64,000 bases of DNA. Origin: Eledone cirrhosa (Eukaryota). Position numbers and translations under genes: made by a program. Each line of letters begins with the position of its first letter. Within the stretch, counting starts at the first letter, position 1. The stretch is from NCBI GenBank assembly GCA_964016885.1, contig OZ024740.1, forward strand, positions 73,966,001 to 74,030,000, written 5' to 3'. Shown here in pieces: positions 22,429 through 35,556 of the stretch. A model generated the notes under the pieces. It made no database searches, was not told the origin of the DNA, and saw only the letters and a program-made list of their open reading frames with translations.

Positions 22429-25400
22429 CATCATCATCATCATCATCGTTTAACGTCTATCTCCCACACTAGCATGGGTTAGACGGGAGTTGTCCCACTT
22501 GAGGCAAGATTGGTCTCGCTCATATAGGACTATCTGGCAGGTTTTCTACGGCTGGATGCCCTTCCTAACAGCAATCACATTTACAGTGTGGACTGGGAAC
22601 TTTTTTACCGTGCTACTTACATGGCCACATTACAGCGTGGACTGTGTTTTTTTTTGTCGTGACACCTACATGACCTCATTAGTTTGGACTAGATGTTGTG
22701 GTACCAACATAACTTTATAGAGAAAGGGTAGTGTTGGCGGGAGTGGGAGGATGGAGTGGGGTAGCGGGTTGGGGTGTATATTTGGTTTGGAGGGGCCTAC
22801 TGACTGTAGGCTAACTTTGCACTTAGGGAAGGCGGGTCTTCTGTATTACTGCGTGGTGCCAAAGATCTCAATCCAGTGATATTGTCTTAGAGAGGTGCAA
22901 GTGTGCAAGGTCAAACTTTATCATGTCGTCCCAGGTTTTTCTGGATCTACCTACTCCGTAGCTTCCATCAATTTTGATCGCCCTGCACTTTTTTATACAG
23001 CTGTCATCTTTCATGTGCATCATGTGACCGTGCCAACGTAATCTTCTTTCGAGTAAACAGCATCTGATCCCTCTTATTCCTAATTACTCACTTAGTTCAT
23101 ATATGTTTTGCCGTTCCAACGGAGCATGCATGCTTCATTCCTTTCCAGTCTGTGCAGGTCCTCTGCACGTAATGCCCATGTCTCACTGCCATGTAGCATT
23201 GCTGTTCGTATACAAGCATCATACAATCTGCCTTTCATTTTCAGAGAGAAACCTTTTGTGGCCAACAGCGGTATAAGCTCTCTGAACTTTTTCCATCCCA
23301 CTCTAACTCTGGCTACTGTACTTTCAGAGCACCCTCCACCACTGCTGATTTTGTCACCCAGGTAACGGAAAGTGTCCACTATTTTTATGGAACAATATGG
23401 GCAGTAGAAGGAGCTAGTATCTTGTGGGCACTTGCTACTTATTGCACCTGAGCATTGGCCACATATAAAATTTACGTTCTTAGAAAGCTTGCCTGTGATC
23501 CCACTACATCTTTTATGTACCATTTGGGACATAGAATGGAATTTCTACCTACTCCTTTCCTACATGGCCATTTCCCAGAGGGCTCCGGTGCCCTATTTTC
23601 CTTTCTACATACTAGAACTTTAGTCTTAGACAAGTTAATTTTAAGGCCTTTTGATTCTAGTCCATGCTTCCATGTTTGGAATTTCTTCTCTAGTTCAGCC
23701 ATAGATTCAGCTATGAGCATTAGATCATCTGCATATAGAAGTCCCCACAGGCAGCCAGTCTTAAACTCCTCTGTTATAGCCTGAAGGGCAATAATAAACA
23801 GGAGGCGGCTAAGGACAAAGCCTTGATGAACACCGACTTTTACGCTAAATTCTTCACTATATTCATTGTTAATTCTAACGTTACTGACTGTATCTTTATA
23901 CATGGCTTGTATAGCTCTCACAAGCCATTCATCTACTCCTAGTTTTCTAAGAGCCCACCAGATAATGGAGCGTGGGACTCTGTCAAAGGCTTTCTCCAAG
24001 TCAACAAAAGCTAAGTAGAGGGGTTTACTTTTAGCTAGGTTCTTCTCCTGTAGTTGTCGTACAAGGAAAAGAGCATCTGTGGTACTTTTACCTGACACAA
24101 ACCCAAACTGCATTTCATCTAGATCAATTCAATCTCTGATTAATTGTGCTATAACTCTTTCTGTGACCTTCATGACCTGGTCAACTAACTTAATGCCTCT
24201 ATAGTTTCCTCTATCTAGAGCATCGCCTTTACCCTTGTAGCAGTTAATGATGATGCTGCTGCTACGCCAGTCTTTAGGTATGACGCCATTCTGTATTACT
24301 TGGTTTACTATCCGGGTGACCATAGTATGTCCCATCATTCCAGATGCTTTCAACATTTCAGCAACTATCTCTGAAGGCCAGCTGCCTTGCCTGTCTTCAT
24401 ATCTTTGATTGCCTTACTTATTATACAACCACTAACTTGTACCGCTGGTCCCTCTAATGGATTGATTGGGGCAGACTATTTTTTTCCCATTTATTCTCCT
24501 CATTTAGTAGTCTCTCATAGTGACACTTCCAAGCTACCTTCTTATCAGTGAGGGCAAGTACACCATCATCATTACGGACACACTTCTCCCCGACAATATC
24601 ACGGTTTTCCTTGACACATTGTCTTGCAATCCTGAACACCTCACATTGTTGGTCCTCACGTTGTAGAACATGCTTGAACTTTCTATCCTCTGCTTCCCTT
24701 CTTGCAAGGTACACTTGTCTCCTAGCTTCTCTCCTGGCCACTTGATAGTGTTCTCTACTTCCCCCATCCCGTCATACTTTCCAAGCCTACTTTTTGGCCT
24801 TGATTGACTCTTCCACCTTACTGTTCCACCACCACCAAGTTACTCTCCTCCTGCCAATAGGTCTGCTCCAGCCACAGATTTCATCTGTTGCCTTCAGCAG
24901 GTTAACTTTCAAAAGTTCACACTGTTCCTCTATATTGTACATCTCTAATTGCTCTTCCTTACTGTCAAAAGCATCAAGTAGTAAGCTTTTAAATTTGTTA
25001 CTGGCTGTGGGGTCTTTCAACTTCCATATTCTTCTCCTCAGGGTAGTCCTCCTCTGTTGTCGAGTATGTCTGGTCCTGACTATGAAGTCACTAACTACTA
25101 GGCTATGTTGGGAGGTGCATTCTTCACGGTGGAGGGACTTAATTTTTACAACAGACACTCTGTCACATCTTCTAGTAAAGATATAATCTACCTGGGTGGC
25201 GTGTTCCCCTGATGTATAGGTGATCAAGTGATTGTCTCGTTTTTTGAAGTGTGTGTTACAGATAGTTAGGTTATTAGCGTCACAGAATTCCAGGATTCTG
25301 AAGCCTTCCTCATTTCTAGTACCAAACCCATAGCCTCCGTGGATTCCATCATAGCCATCACTATGTTGTCCAACGTGACCATTTATGTAGCCAGCAATAA

Positions 25401-26370
25401 TTAAGTAGTCGCTGTTGGTTATTTGGGAGGTAGTGTGCATTAGCGACTCATAGAACCTGTCTTTTATAATGTCAGGTAGACCAGATTGGGGTGCATAAGT
25501 AGATATTATTGTCACAGTAGTTCTATTTAGAACTAATCTTATTTTAATTATTCTGTCATTCACTCTATTTACGGCAATTACCTTATCTACACATTTTTTC
25601 AGCTAACATAATTCCTACTCCACCCAGTCCATTGTCATTTCCCACCCAGAAAAGTTTATAGCATCGGTTTTTACCCACAATGAATCTAGCAGACCTAGTC
25701 TCTTGAACACAACAAACATCAACTTCCTTACATTAAAGCATCTCTACAACCTCATTTAAGCGACCTTTCAATGTGCCTATGTTCATGGTACCAACTCTGA
25801 AGTTTTGGATTACGTTGGGTGGGTGGAATGGATGGGTTGAAGGGGCAGGGAGGTGTGTGGGATATGGAATTATGTTGGTCATCCATGTTTGAAATAAAGA
25901 GGGGTCCTTGTATTTTTGTCCTGCAGCGGGAGGTGAATTTATCTTTATCTGTGACATTGTCATTGAGTGTTCAGACTCTCCAAATTCCACAGTCCATTTA
26001 GCAAACCGAAAAGCAGCCAGGTCTAAACTTAAGGAGTAATAACCGAGGTGGTAGCTTTGCTATACAGATTGGTAAGAGAACTTACTATAAACCACTGAGT
26101 TATGATTGAACCAAATAGCAATGGTGGTGTGTGTGGGAGGGCAGGAAATGGGTAACTTTAGGATAAGGTTAGTTTTTAGGAAGGGTCCAACAGAATGAGA
26201 CATATTATTAAAAACATGTGAAATATTAATTGAATGTCCGAGAGAAAAAGAGAGATTAGAATCTAAACGGACATAAATAACAGATTAAATGACACTGGTC
26301 AAATGGACTACGAAAAATGGAAAGACAGTCAAAAGTGGGTTGCTTACATTCTCAAATCGACAATTCGGCA
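22429..26370 (-). mobile_element. Near full-length RTE LINE (family A), frameshifted
   Basis: Collinear ORF pieces at 25733-25990, 24787-25563 (APE), 24454-24741, 24129-24356, 23472-24113 (LYADD) and 23092-23532, plus a (CAT)n tail. The 5' boundary is uncertain. Confidence 0.93.
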
Positions 26371-26417
26371 GTTTGCGCGTGTGTGTGTGTGTGTATGTAT
26401 ATATATATATATATATT

Positions 26418-27622
26418 TGTGTTAACTTGTCTAAGACTAAAGTTCTAGTATGTAGAAAGGAGAATAAGGCACAGGTGCCCTCTGGGAAATGGCCATGCTC
26501 AGTGTGTAAGAAAGGAGTAGGTAGAAATTCCATTCTATGCCCCAAATGCAAACTATGGGTTCATAAAAGATCTAGTGGGATCACAGGTAAGCTATCTAAG
26601 AACATAGATTTTATATGTGGCCGATGCTCAGGTGCAGTAAGTAGCAAAGACCCACTGGTTGCTATCTCCTTCAACTGCCCAGATGGTTCTATAGAAATAG
26701 TGGACACTTTCTGTTACCTGGGTGACAAAATCAGCAGTGGAGGAGGGTGCTCTGAAGGTGTAGTAGCTAGAGTTAGAACGGGATGGAAAAGTTTCAGAGA
26801 GCTAACCGCTGTTGGCCACAAAGGGTTTTTCTCTAAAAGTGAAAGGCAGATTGTATGATGCTTGTATACGAACGGTGATATTACATGGTAGTGAGACCTG
26901 GGCGTCGTGTGTTGAAGACCTGCGTAGATTAGAAAGAAATGAAGCATGCATGCTTCGTTGGATGTGTAATAGTAACGTGCGCAAAAGGCGAAGCATAAAC
27001 GAATTGAGAGAGAGACTAAGCATAAGAGGTATCAAATGTTGTGTTCTGGAGAGGAGATTGCGTTGGTATGACCTGTTATGTGTATGAAGGATTAATAAAA
27101 AAAGTGCTGTATAAAAAAGTGCAGAGCAATGAAAATTGATGGAAGCTATGGAATAGGTAGACCAAGGAAAACCTGGTACGAGGTGATAAAAACTGACCTT
27201 GCTCACTTACACCTCTCTAAGACAATGTCACTGGATTGAGATCTTTGGCGCCATGCAGTTGTACAGAAGACCCGCCTTCCCATGCATACAAACCTTCAGT
27301 CAGTAGGCACCTCTTAACCCAATATACACCCCACACACCCTACCCCATCCTCCCATTTCCATCCACTGTGTTGGTAACACAACAAAAAGCACTCAGTCCA
27401 CACTGTAAAGTGGTCGTGTAGGAGACACAGTAAAAAGGCTCCCAGTCCACACTGTAAAAGGGGTTAGTGTTAGGAAGGGCATCCAGCCGTAGAAAACCTG
27501 CCAGAGATACTTCCGTATGAGCGAGACACGGTCTCCCGACCAATCTTTCATCGAATGGAAGAAAACCGTCTAACCCATGCTAACGTGGAAGATGGACATT
27601 AAACGATGATGATGATGATGAT
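26418..27622 (+). mobile_element. 5'-truncated RTE family A copy (PHD-like finger, RT C-terminus, 3' UTR)
   Basis: VNLSKTKV..KWPCSVCKKG..FCYLGD and ILHGSETW. Tail ATTAAACGATGATGATG. Confidence 0.93.
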
Positions 27623-27661
27623 ATATATATATATATGACAGGCTTCTGCACAAATATATAT

Positions 27662-28266
27662 ATAAATAGACAGTGTAGTAGAAAAAACACTAGCGTATTT
27701 ATATTGATGCTCATTAATATATTTATTCTGACACATATTTCAATGCATTATATAATGGCCTATGAGATCTGTATTATTATGCAATTCATTATCTCATACT
27801 GCCAGGTAATAATTTTATGAATCTCCTGAGAGAATGTTCAAAAGAATAATGATTATTAGAGTTAGGGAGCACATTTAAGGCAGTCTATATATTGAGATTT
27901 GTACGCACATACAGACATACATACCCTCCTACATGCATATGTATATACAATACATACATGCATGCATACATATGTATGCACAAATATATATGTATTCTAT
28001 AAATATGCATGGGGAGGTATTTATGTGGATGTGTGTGTACAAATCTCCATATATAGACTGCTTTAAATGTGCTCCCTAGCTATAATAAACATTCCAACCA
28101 TCTCTAAAGAGATGAATGAAGTTATTACCTGGCAGTGTGAGATAATGAATTATGTAGGCTACATAATACATTGAAACATTTGTCAGAATCACTGATATTT
28201 ATCAAATGAATTAATAAGCATCACCATATATGCCTTAGTGCTTTTTCTACTACTCTGTCTATTTAT
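27662..28266. repeat. Old fold-back element (~280-bp inverted arms) with degenerate HHR halves
   Basis: TAGGGAGCACATTTAAGGCAGTCTATATA versus TATATAGACTGCTTTAAATGTGCTCCCTA, and TTATCTCATACTGCCAGGTAATAA versus TTATTACCTGGCAGTGTGAGATAA. Confidence 0.8.
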
Positions 28267-28619
28267 AAGTAATCCATTATAAGTAATCTATGGATTATTT
28301 TTATTTATCATTCTCAGTGATACACCTGAAAATAAATGAGATAATTGTGATAAACTGTTCCATCTATTAAGGAAAGCACAACCCAACTAGTAAGTTGCCT
28401 TATCCTTTTTGTACATGCACATCTACCCAACAATACACTGGGAGTTACCTGAAAAAAATGATACTTGAAATACAAATCCCATACACACACACATATATGT
28501 ATATAGTTTAAGATAAACAATAAGAGATGCAATAACACAAAAGTCATATTAGTTTCATGTTTGTTAGAAAAAGAAAATTAATGTTTCAATGTATTGGCAT
28601 TAGTCCTTCATCAAGAAAG

Positions 28620-29140
28620 AACAATGAGTGTCAACTTAGAAAAAACTAAAGTAAGCAGGAAGGAAGACAGGACCCTGATCCCATCAGGGAATTGGCCCTG
28701 CTTGATATGCAGAAAAGGAGTAGGCAGAAACTCTATATGCTGTACACAATCCAAATCTTGGGTATACAAGAAATATAGTGGGATTGCAGGCAGACTAACA
28801 GTAAAGGAAGACTTCATATGTACTAGATGCACAGAGGTAATTGATGGGAAGAGCATCCGAGATATAAACCTTTTCCAATCACATGAAGGATCCATAGAAG
28901 TGATTGATAACTTCTGCTACCTCTGTGACCTAATTAGCAGTGGAGGAGGGGGCTCCAAGAGCATAATAGCTAGAATAAGAATAGGATGGAAGACGTTTCA
29001 AGAGCTACTCCCATTGTTGACAACAAAAGGTTTCTCCATATGTATGGATGCCTGTGTGCGAAGTGCGATGCTGCATGGCAGTAAAACATGGGCAGTGACT
29101 GCAGAGGATATGCATAGACTGGAGAGAAATAAAGCAACCA
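28620..29140 (+). mobile_element. RTE RT C-terminal fragment
   Basis: ORF 28594-29241 has VNLEKTKV, WPCLICRKG and AMLHGSKTW. Confidence 0.88.
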
Positions 29141-29231
29141 AATTACCGATTTTCCAGCTCCTCTGCTTATTCCAACCCCCTGCTTATCCCCCCCCCCCCC
29201 CTTATATATATATACAATCATATAATTGTCA

Positions 29232-30838
29232 GATGACCTAAAAGGTGGCTTTTTTAAATCTTTAATGCGCACTACTACCCTAACGAGTGACGGTGACTTT
29301 ATAATCATTGCATGCAACTTTAATGGACATGTTGGGCAACAATCTGGTAGCTTCTATGGGGTCAATGGAAGCTTTGAGTTTAGTATGAGAAAGGCTCCTG
29401 GAATTCTGAGATGCCAATGATTTAACTAGCTGTAACATTAACTTCAGAAAACCAACAAACCACTTGATGACCTAGAGATTAGGTGAGCATTCAGCCAAAT
29501 AGATTTTATCCTCACTAGACGACAATATAGAGTGATGATTGAAAACACAAAGTCCCTGCCTGGAGTGGAATGCACCTTGCAACATAACCTAATAGTTAGC
29601 AACTTTAAAGTTAGGACTAGACAAACTTGGAGATAGAGGGCAACCTGGAAGAGAAGGACATGCAGTTGAAGGAGCCCACAGTCAGTAACAAATTTAGAGG
29701 TATCTTGCTTGATGCTTTTGACAGAGAGGAAGAAAAAATAGAGACTTACCATATAGAGGAACAGTGGGAGTCTGCTGAAGGTAACATGATATTTATGGCC
29801 GGAACATGGCTTCTGGGAGAAGGGTGTCTTTGTAGAAGTAGTTGATAAATTCTGTTACTTGCGCAACCAAATTAACAATAGAGGTGGGTGTTCCAAAAGT
29901 ACAGTAGCCAGAGTAAAATGGGATGGAGAAAGTTCAGGGAGCTACTACCCCTACTAACTACAATAGGTTTTTCCTCTGAAATGAAGGGCAGAGTGTATGA
30001 TGCATGTATACGAACAGCAATGTTGCATGGAAGTGAGACCTGGGCAACATATGTAGAAGATATATGAAGATTGGAAAGAAATGAAGCTCCAATGGATGTG
30101 TAGTAGAAGTGAACATGAATTACAAAGCATCAGCAAATTGTGAGAGAAACTAGACATAAGAGGGATCAGATGCAGTGTACAGGAAATGAGACGGTAGTGG
30201 TTTGGAGGATGACAGCTGTATAAAAAGGTGCAGAGCCCTCAAAGTTGATGGAAGCTATGGAGTAGGAAGACCTAGGAAAACTTGGGATGAGGTGATAAAA
30301 GCTGACCTTGCACAATTGCACATCTCAAAGGTTATGACACAAGATCAAGATCTTTGGCATTATGCAGTAATACAGAGACCCGCCTTCCCATGTGCATGGG
30401 TTGAAGCATACATTCAATATGCACCACTTTCTCTCCCCCTCCCTCTTCCATACATTTCCCATGTCTTAACACTTCATAACATCTCACTCTTCACCCATGA
30501 CCTTACCCCCACCTCACCCAAGCCTCCAGTCCACACTGTAAAGTGGTCGTTTTGGTGCCATGACAAAAAGTACCCAGCCCACACTGTAAAGTGGTTGTGT
30601 TGGTGCCTTGACAAAAAGCATCCAGCCCACACTGTAAAGTGGTCATGTAGGTGTCACGATAAAAAGCATCCAGTCCACACTGTAAATGTGGTTGGCATTA
30701 AGAAGGGCATTCTACCATAGAAACTAAGCCAGAAACAGTTCTGTATGAACAAGACATGGTCTCTTGATCTGACTTGCCTCAAATGAGACAACTCGTCTAA
30801 CCCATGCTAGCATGGAAAAATGGACGTTAAACAGTGAT
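29232..30838 (+). mobile_element. Internally deleted RTE LINE (APE remnant joined to RT C-terminus and a family A-type 3' UTR)
   Basis: CNFNGHVG, QIDFILTR and GRPRKTWDEV. 3' end CCCATGCTAGCATGGAAAAATGGACGTTAAAC. Confidence 0.85.
30526..30700 (+). repeat. Four tandem ~47-bp units (CCAGYCCACACTGTAAAGTGG..GACAAAAAG) in the RTE 3' UTR
   Basis: CCACACTGTAAA recurs at ~30531, 30579, 30627 and 30676. Confidence 0.85.
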
Positions 30839-31534
30839 GTCACTGAGCACCCTACTTGTGGCAAGGGGTCTACAGTGACATCACTGAGCCCTATATTTTT
30901 AGCAAGTTCCCCTCCTCCAACCCTACACAGTTAATCAAACAACTGAATGCACATCATTGAAACCGATGGAGGATATATCATCATTATATAACAGCTTATA
31001 TTTACAATTTTTCACAACTTTATCTAGCCTGGAAAATAATCTTGTCCATTCAGATAATATAAACTACTAGAAGTGTAATTTTAAAAAAGTTCTATCAGCA
31101 AAAGGATAAACACTTGATCATAGATTTACTGAGAAGGGAGGTACGAATGTGTACTGTCTTTAAAATGAAAGATTTCTTCATATTTAAAAAGGTGTTTGAT
31201 ATATTTAAATATTAAGCAGATGTCACTGTGTTTATTAAAACAATAGATGACACTTTATTCAAAGGATTTGTTTTGTATATTTCTGAGCTACAGTGCTAAT
31301 TACTTTGATCGATATTACATTTAGCATAAGAAAGTATATTCAATATATATATATGATTTATATAAAAATATAAAATCTGGTGGTGGTAGTGATGGTGAAA
31401 AGTACATAAATTAGTGGTGTGTGGGGGAGTTTGCACAGCATAAATTATCACCCCCACCACCATCATCACTACAACAATGACAACAATGACCATATATGTA
31501 TGGATTTAAATATTGCTACAGTTGACTTTGCTTA

Positions 31535-33326
31535 CACCGTGTAACAAAATTTTTTTTTTTCTCTGTTCCTGGCTTGTAATCACTTTTTTTTGTGTTGCTT
31601 AGGTCCCAAATAAATAAAAAAGTGCTATTAAACAGTTAAAAGTTTGGGTTTGTAAACATTCTAAGCTATTCACTAGAATTATTTGTATGCTGGATTTTAC
31701 GTTGTATGTAAGTTTAATTTGCTTATGTTAAATGATTTTTTTTATATATGTTTCAGGTTAAATTAAAATTATAAAATAAAGAGTAATACCTAAAGAAAAT
31801 TATAAAAGTGTAATAAAGTATAAAATTGTTAAAAAGTGGGTTAAAGAGATTTATTGATACTGGGGTACCAGAAAAAGTTCCCCACTTCCCAAACCAAAAA
31901 GAAGTCAATGACTTGGTCAGGGATATGGGTCTGACCAAGTCCAATGCAGAGCTATTCGTCTCCAGGATGAAGCAGTGGAACTTGGTCAAGGAGGAAGTGC
32001 AGGTGACAAGTCAGAGAAGTCGACACAAACCTTTCTCAGGCTTTTACACTCTTAGGGCTGGCCTCTGCTTCTGCTATGACGTGCCTGGACTGTTTGACGT
32101 TATTGGGGTGCCGTTTGTGCCCAAGGAATGGCGGCTATTTATAGACAGCTCACCACAAGTTTGAAGGCTGTCCTCCTCCACAATGGAAACAAGTTCCGGA
32201 CACTGCCCCTAGCTCATTCAGTCTGCCTGAAGGAAGATTACTACAGTGGGAAAGTCCTCTTGGAAGCTCTGCAATACAACCAGTACAATTGGGAAATTAT
32301 TGGAGACTTCAAGATGGTGGCTTTCCTGCTTGAACTCCAAGGAGGCTTTATCAAATTCCAATGTTTCCTCTGCCTTTGGGACAGCAGAGCCACCTCTGAC
32401 CACTACAAAAGAAAGAACTGGGAGCAGCGAACAGAATTTGTAGTTGGGACCCGGAACGTCATGTGGGAGCCACTGGTTGATCCCAGGATTGTGCTCATGC
32501 CGCCACTGCACATTAAGTTGGGGTTGATGAAGCAGTTTGTGAAGGCTCTCAACCAAGAATCAGCCGCTTTTAAGTACCTTCTTGAGTTCTTCCCCAAGTT
32601 ATCTGAGGCCAAAATCAAAGGTGGAATTTTTGTTGGACCTCAGATAAAGAAGGTGTTTGAGTCTACCGAGTTCTCCAATAAGCTCAATAGGATTGAGAGA
32701 ACAGCATGGAACTGTTTCAAGGCAGTTGTTAAGGGCTTCCTGGGCAACTACAGAGCTGAAAACTGCCAGCAACTGGTGCAGGATCTGATAAAGGCTTTTG
32801 GCGCCATGGGATGCAGGATGTCGCTTAAACTCCATATGATGGACGCTCACCTGGAAAAATTCAAGGACAATATGGGCGCCTACTCAGAAGAACAAGGCGA
32901 ACGATTCCACCAAGATGTGAAAGAGATAGAGTGGAGGTACCAGGGCCACTACAATGAAAAAATGAAGGGGGACTATATTTGGGGGCTAGTGCGGGAATGC
33001 GACCTGGACTACAACCGCAAATCCATGAAATCCAGTCATTTCTGACGTGTATAAGTTGCTTTATAAGTGTTATTTGTTTTTACTTGTTTGCTTTTGATAA
33101 GCTTGTGTAATAAAATAAATATATACTCGGTTGATTTAATTATATGAACTGATAAATTTTTAAAAAATGTGTTTTTTCTTGAAAAATATGAAAATTTCGA
33201 AATATCAAATTCCTGACCACAAACCCAAACTTCTGATAAAATAATAGTGTTTTTTTATAATAATGGGATATAACAAACCATGAAATGACACTTAGAACCG
33301 GGGAACAAAAAATATGTTACACGGTG
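31535..33326 (+). mobile_element. Chapaev3-type DNA transposon with both TIRs; N-terminally deleted, frameshifted transposase
   Basis: TIRs CACCGTGTAACA (31535) and TGTTACACGGTG (33326), preceded by TTA. ORFs 31826-32164 and 32128-33045 contain SLKAVLLHNGN, CFLCLWDSR, PPLHIKLGLMKQFVKAL and SEEQGERFHQD. The superfamily call is from recalled motifs and termini, not a database search. Confidence 0.85.
32128..33045 (+). pseudogene. DDE transposase catalytic region (Chapaev3-like)
   Basis: Motifs as above. A frameshift near 32150 separates it from the upstream ORF. Confidence 0.8.
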
Positions 33327-34184
33327 AAAAATATAAAATCTGGTGGTGGTAGTGATGGTGAAAAGTACATAAATTAGTGGAGTGTGGGGGAGTTTGCACA
33401 GCATAAATTATCACCCCCACCACCATCATCACTACAACAATGACAACAATGACCATATATGTATGGATTTAAATATTGCTACAGTTGACTTCGCTTATCA
33501 TTCATTGAAGACAATCAAAACAGGCAATTGAAATTAATTTAATTGTCGTCATCATCACCGTTTAACATCTGTTTTTTTCCCTGCTATCAAGGGTAGAGTT
33601 GATTAATTGAATATACTCATATTATAGAAGTTGCCATCATCAATATTGTTTTACACTACCTGCTGGCACTGGTTGGACAGGTTGATATGGTCTGAGACAG
33701 TCCTTATTTAAATTTGCTGCCCTCATAGATGATGTTGAGGGATGACATCATACTTTTATGTTCAAATTTTGGCAGGTTGTATGACTGCATACCCTTTCTT
33801 TATAGAGTTTGTCTTGTGCTAGGAAATCATCATCATCAATTTATGTCCTTTTGCCTTGTTTTCATGGTAGGCTAAATTGCATGGTCCTAAACAATTTAGA
33901 TAAGATATCTATGCTGTAGATAGGAAACATAAAATCACTTATCTTGCCAGTCCTGCTCTGAATATTACTGTTGTCAAGCTGCATAATCCATGAACCATAC
34001 TCATGTAAAATCTGGCCAGCAATTCCAGGTTTCCGACAAGCTCATAGACCCATGTCTGCTAACTAAAAATCCCCATAAGGAAAGAGGGCCTGTCATTTTG
34101 TCAATCCTGTCATATGACATCATTCCCCCTGTTACTTCTGACACACCATCCATAACCCCACATGTCATATGTTGGGATAGTTGA

Positions 34185-34470
34185 ATGACTGAATACCCTT
34201 CCTAATGTTAACCATTTCACAGAGTGTACTGGGTGCATTTTATTGTGATACCGACATTCCGATGTTATAGTGTGCACTGGGTGAATTTTATCATGGCACC
34301 AACATTAGCACTTTACAGAGTGTACTGGGTGTATTTTATTGTGGCTCTAGCACTAGAGTGTCATGTACTTAGCATGACTGAAAAGTCCTCTCCATACTGT
34401 ATTTTGCCAACAACTTAACATAGTGTACTTGGTTCATTTTATCATGGCACAACACTAGAAAGATTTTAAT
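34185..34470 (-). repeat. Tandem degenerate RTE/SINE module repeats (similar arrays at 47690-47900, 52320-52775 and 56360-56815)
   Basis: Repeated ACAGAGTGTACTGGGTGCATTTTAT..TGGCACC, the reverse complement of the SINE body module. Confidence 0.7.
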
Positions 34471-34616
34471 GTCGAACCAAAGTGTCCTACATTGTCTTGG
34501 TTCATTTGTCAACCATTTTATAATGGTTAAGTAGTTGAAATAACAAACTTAACAAGGATTTATCTTATTCACTACTTCAGTTTTTCAAATTGAAATCACC
34601 ATATGATAAATCTAAT

Positions 34617-34770
34617 TGCCAGCAATTATCCCAATGCATTACTGGTGCTTTATTTTATTGACCCCATAAGGATGAAAGGCAAAGTTGACTTCGATAGGAT
34701 TTGAACTCAGAATGTAAAGGGCCATAACTCTATGCTGCAAAGCATGGTGTTTGATGCTCTACTAATACTA
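34617..34770 (-). mobile_element. SINE family B, diverged
   Basis: AAGGATGAAAGGCAAAGTTGAC..GGATTTGAACTCAGAATG. Confidence 0.8.
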
Positions 34771-34879
34771 CTAATACTATCAATAATAATGATGATATTA
34801 TATCTCATCATGGGGTCCTATTTCAAGAAATGTTTTATGGTTGGATGCACATCCAGGTGCCAACTCTTTTAGTTGCCTC

Positions 34880-35240
34880 TTACAACATGTAGAGATTATA
34901 AATTTAGAAAAGCAGAGGGGCTTTCAGGAGTTGTGAGAGATATGTTAAAGGTAGTGGGAAGCTGGAGTGTGAAGAAAATGAGAGAGATCTGTAGATTGTT
35001 AGTGAAAGAAGACCATGTTCCAGTGGCTTAGTCTGTGGATCATGGAATGAGTACCAGGGAAAATAATATCTAGATTTATGTCTAGAAGAGGAATGACTAA
35101 TGCAATTTTTATTGTGGGACAGTTACAGGAGAAGTACAGGGGCAAGAGAAAGAAGTTGTGTTTTAGGTTTGTTGATCTGAGAAAGCTTCTGATAGAGCTC
35201 CATGTGAAGCGGAGGAATGGATGGTTAAAGTAGTGACTAA
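34880..35240 (+). mobile_element. Degraded RTE RT fragment
   Basis: NAIFIVGQLQEKY..FVDLRK remnants. Confidence 0.7.
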
Positions 35241-35301
35241 GCTCAGAAAGAGGGGGAAAGAGGGAGATAGAAGGGAAAGAGGGAGATAGAGGGGAAAGAG
35301 G

Positions 35302-35352
<51 letters not shown>

Positions 35353-35353
35353 T

Positions 35354-35457
<104 letters not shown>

Positions 35458-35485
35458 ATAAAAAGATGATTAAAAGAGTTCCATG

Positions 35486-35556
35486 TATTTTATTATGCGC
35501 ATTTCAAAAACAAATATCATCATGCGATGACATTTGCGTTTTCGTCAGATAAAATA
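35486..35556 (-). ncRNA. Type I hammerhead ribozyme
   Basis: UAUUUUAU-CUGACGA-[AAACGCAAAUGUCAUC GCAU GAUGAUAUUUGUUUUU]-GAAA-UGCGCA-UA^AUAAAAUA: 8-bp stem I, long stem II, palindromic stem III. Confidence 0.88.

Larger units (their letters stand above)
31364..33497 (+). repeat. 171-bp direct repeat (31364-31534 and 33327-33497) exactly flanking the transposon
   Basis: The two copies differ at 2 positions by manual comparison. Confidence 0.95.
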
